Source: Fidelibacterota bacterium
GTDB lineage: Bacteria > Fidelibacterota > Fidelibacteria > Fidelibacterales > DSDE01
DNA length: 15,561 bases
Assembly: GCA_046735395.1 (NCBI GenBank)
Contig: JBJKQR010000082.1
Coordinates: forward strand, 1-15,561
Reading direction: 5' to 3'
Below are positions 15,239 to 15,561 of the stretch, one piece after another (position 1 is the first letter of the stretch; each line of letters starts with the position of its first letter). The notes under the pieces were generated by a model that saw only the letters and a list, made by a program, of their open reading frames with translations, made no database searches and was not told the DNA's origin. The position numbers were made by a program, and so were the translations under genes.

Positions 15239-15561
15239 ATGCGGGATTTTACGCTTCACATGTCAACCAGGTATGTTTTCGGGCCCGGGTCTCTGGCGCA
15301 GGCCGGACGAAAGATCAAAGACGTGGCGGACCGTGTTCTCATCGTCTGCTCCGGAGCTTCGGTTGTGCGGAACGGGACATTGCAGAAGCTGGAGGATGGA
15401 TTACGGGATGAGGATATTCAGTATTTCATTTATGATAAAATTAAGCCTAATCCGCTGGTGTCAGCCATTGATGAGGGCGGCCGCATTGCCCGGGATCTGA
15501 AGGTGAAGGCTGTGGTGGCCCTGGGAGGCGGTTCGGTCATGGATGCCGCGAAGGGGATTGC
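15239..15561 (+). CDS. Iron-containing alcohol dehydrogenase, 3' end outside the window (not in the ORF track)
   Basis: My translation from ATG 15239 (AGGAGG RBS at 15225-15230): MRDFTLHMSTRYVFGPGSL...IKPNP...VVALGGGSVMDAAKGI. GGGSxxD is the Fe-ADH family motif. Confidence 0.9.
   Translation, partial: MRDFTLHMSTRYVFGPGSLAQAGRKIKDVADRVLIVCSGASVVRNGTLQKLEDGLRDEDIQYFIYDKIKPNPLVSAIDEGGRIARDLKVKAVVALGGGSVMDAAKGI

Noticed and set aside
15231..15500. 89-aa ORF in the track
   Set aside because: Wrong frame. The real gene is the Fe-ADH starting at 15239, which runs off the window.

Overview
Bacterial chromosomal window, mostly GC-rich with an AT-rich first ~640 bp. The gene content suggests an FCB-superphylum organism outside Bacteroidota, e.g. 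Marinimicrobia-like (inference). In order: (1) the 3' end of an AT-rich gene for a secreted protein with a FlgD-Ig/T9SS-type C-terminal domain; (2) a translationally coupled motA-motB1-motB2 operon with no flagellar genes in the window; (3) a degenerate AMP-binding-fold gene coupled to a membrane metallophosphoesterase; (4) a GAF/HD-GYP phosphodiesterase, a YtfJ-like protein and a putative outer-membrane beta-barrel; (5) trxA; (6) a minus-strand run of two ECF-type ATPases, a pgsA-like gene, ftsY and rimO; (7) a ~670 bp intergenic mosaic of repeats, including a 107-bp direct repeat and several REP-like palindromes; (8) a plus-strand run of GNAT, queF, an alpha/beta hydrolase and an Fe-dependent alcohol dehydrogenase (truncated by the window end). 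The most striking feature is the three-gene ion-motor operon. One of its two MotB paralogues has Ser in place of the normally essential ion-binding Asp, which suggests an asymmetric MotA5-B1-B2 motor or a dedicated regulatory B subunit of unknown function.
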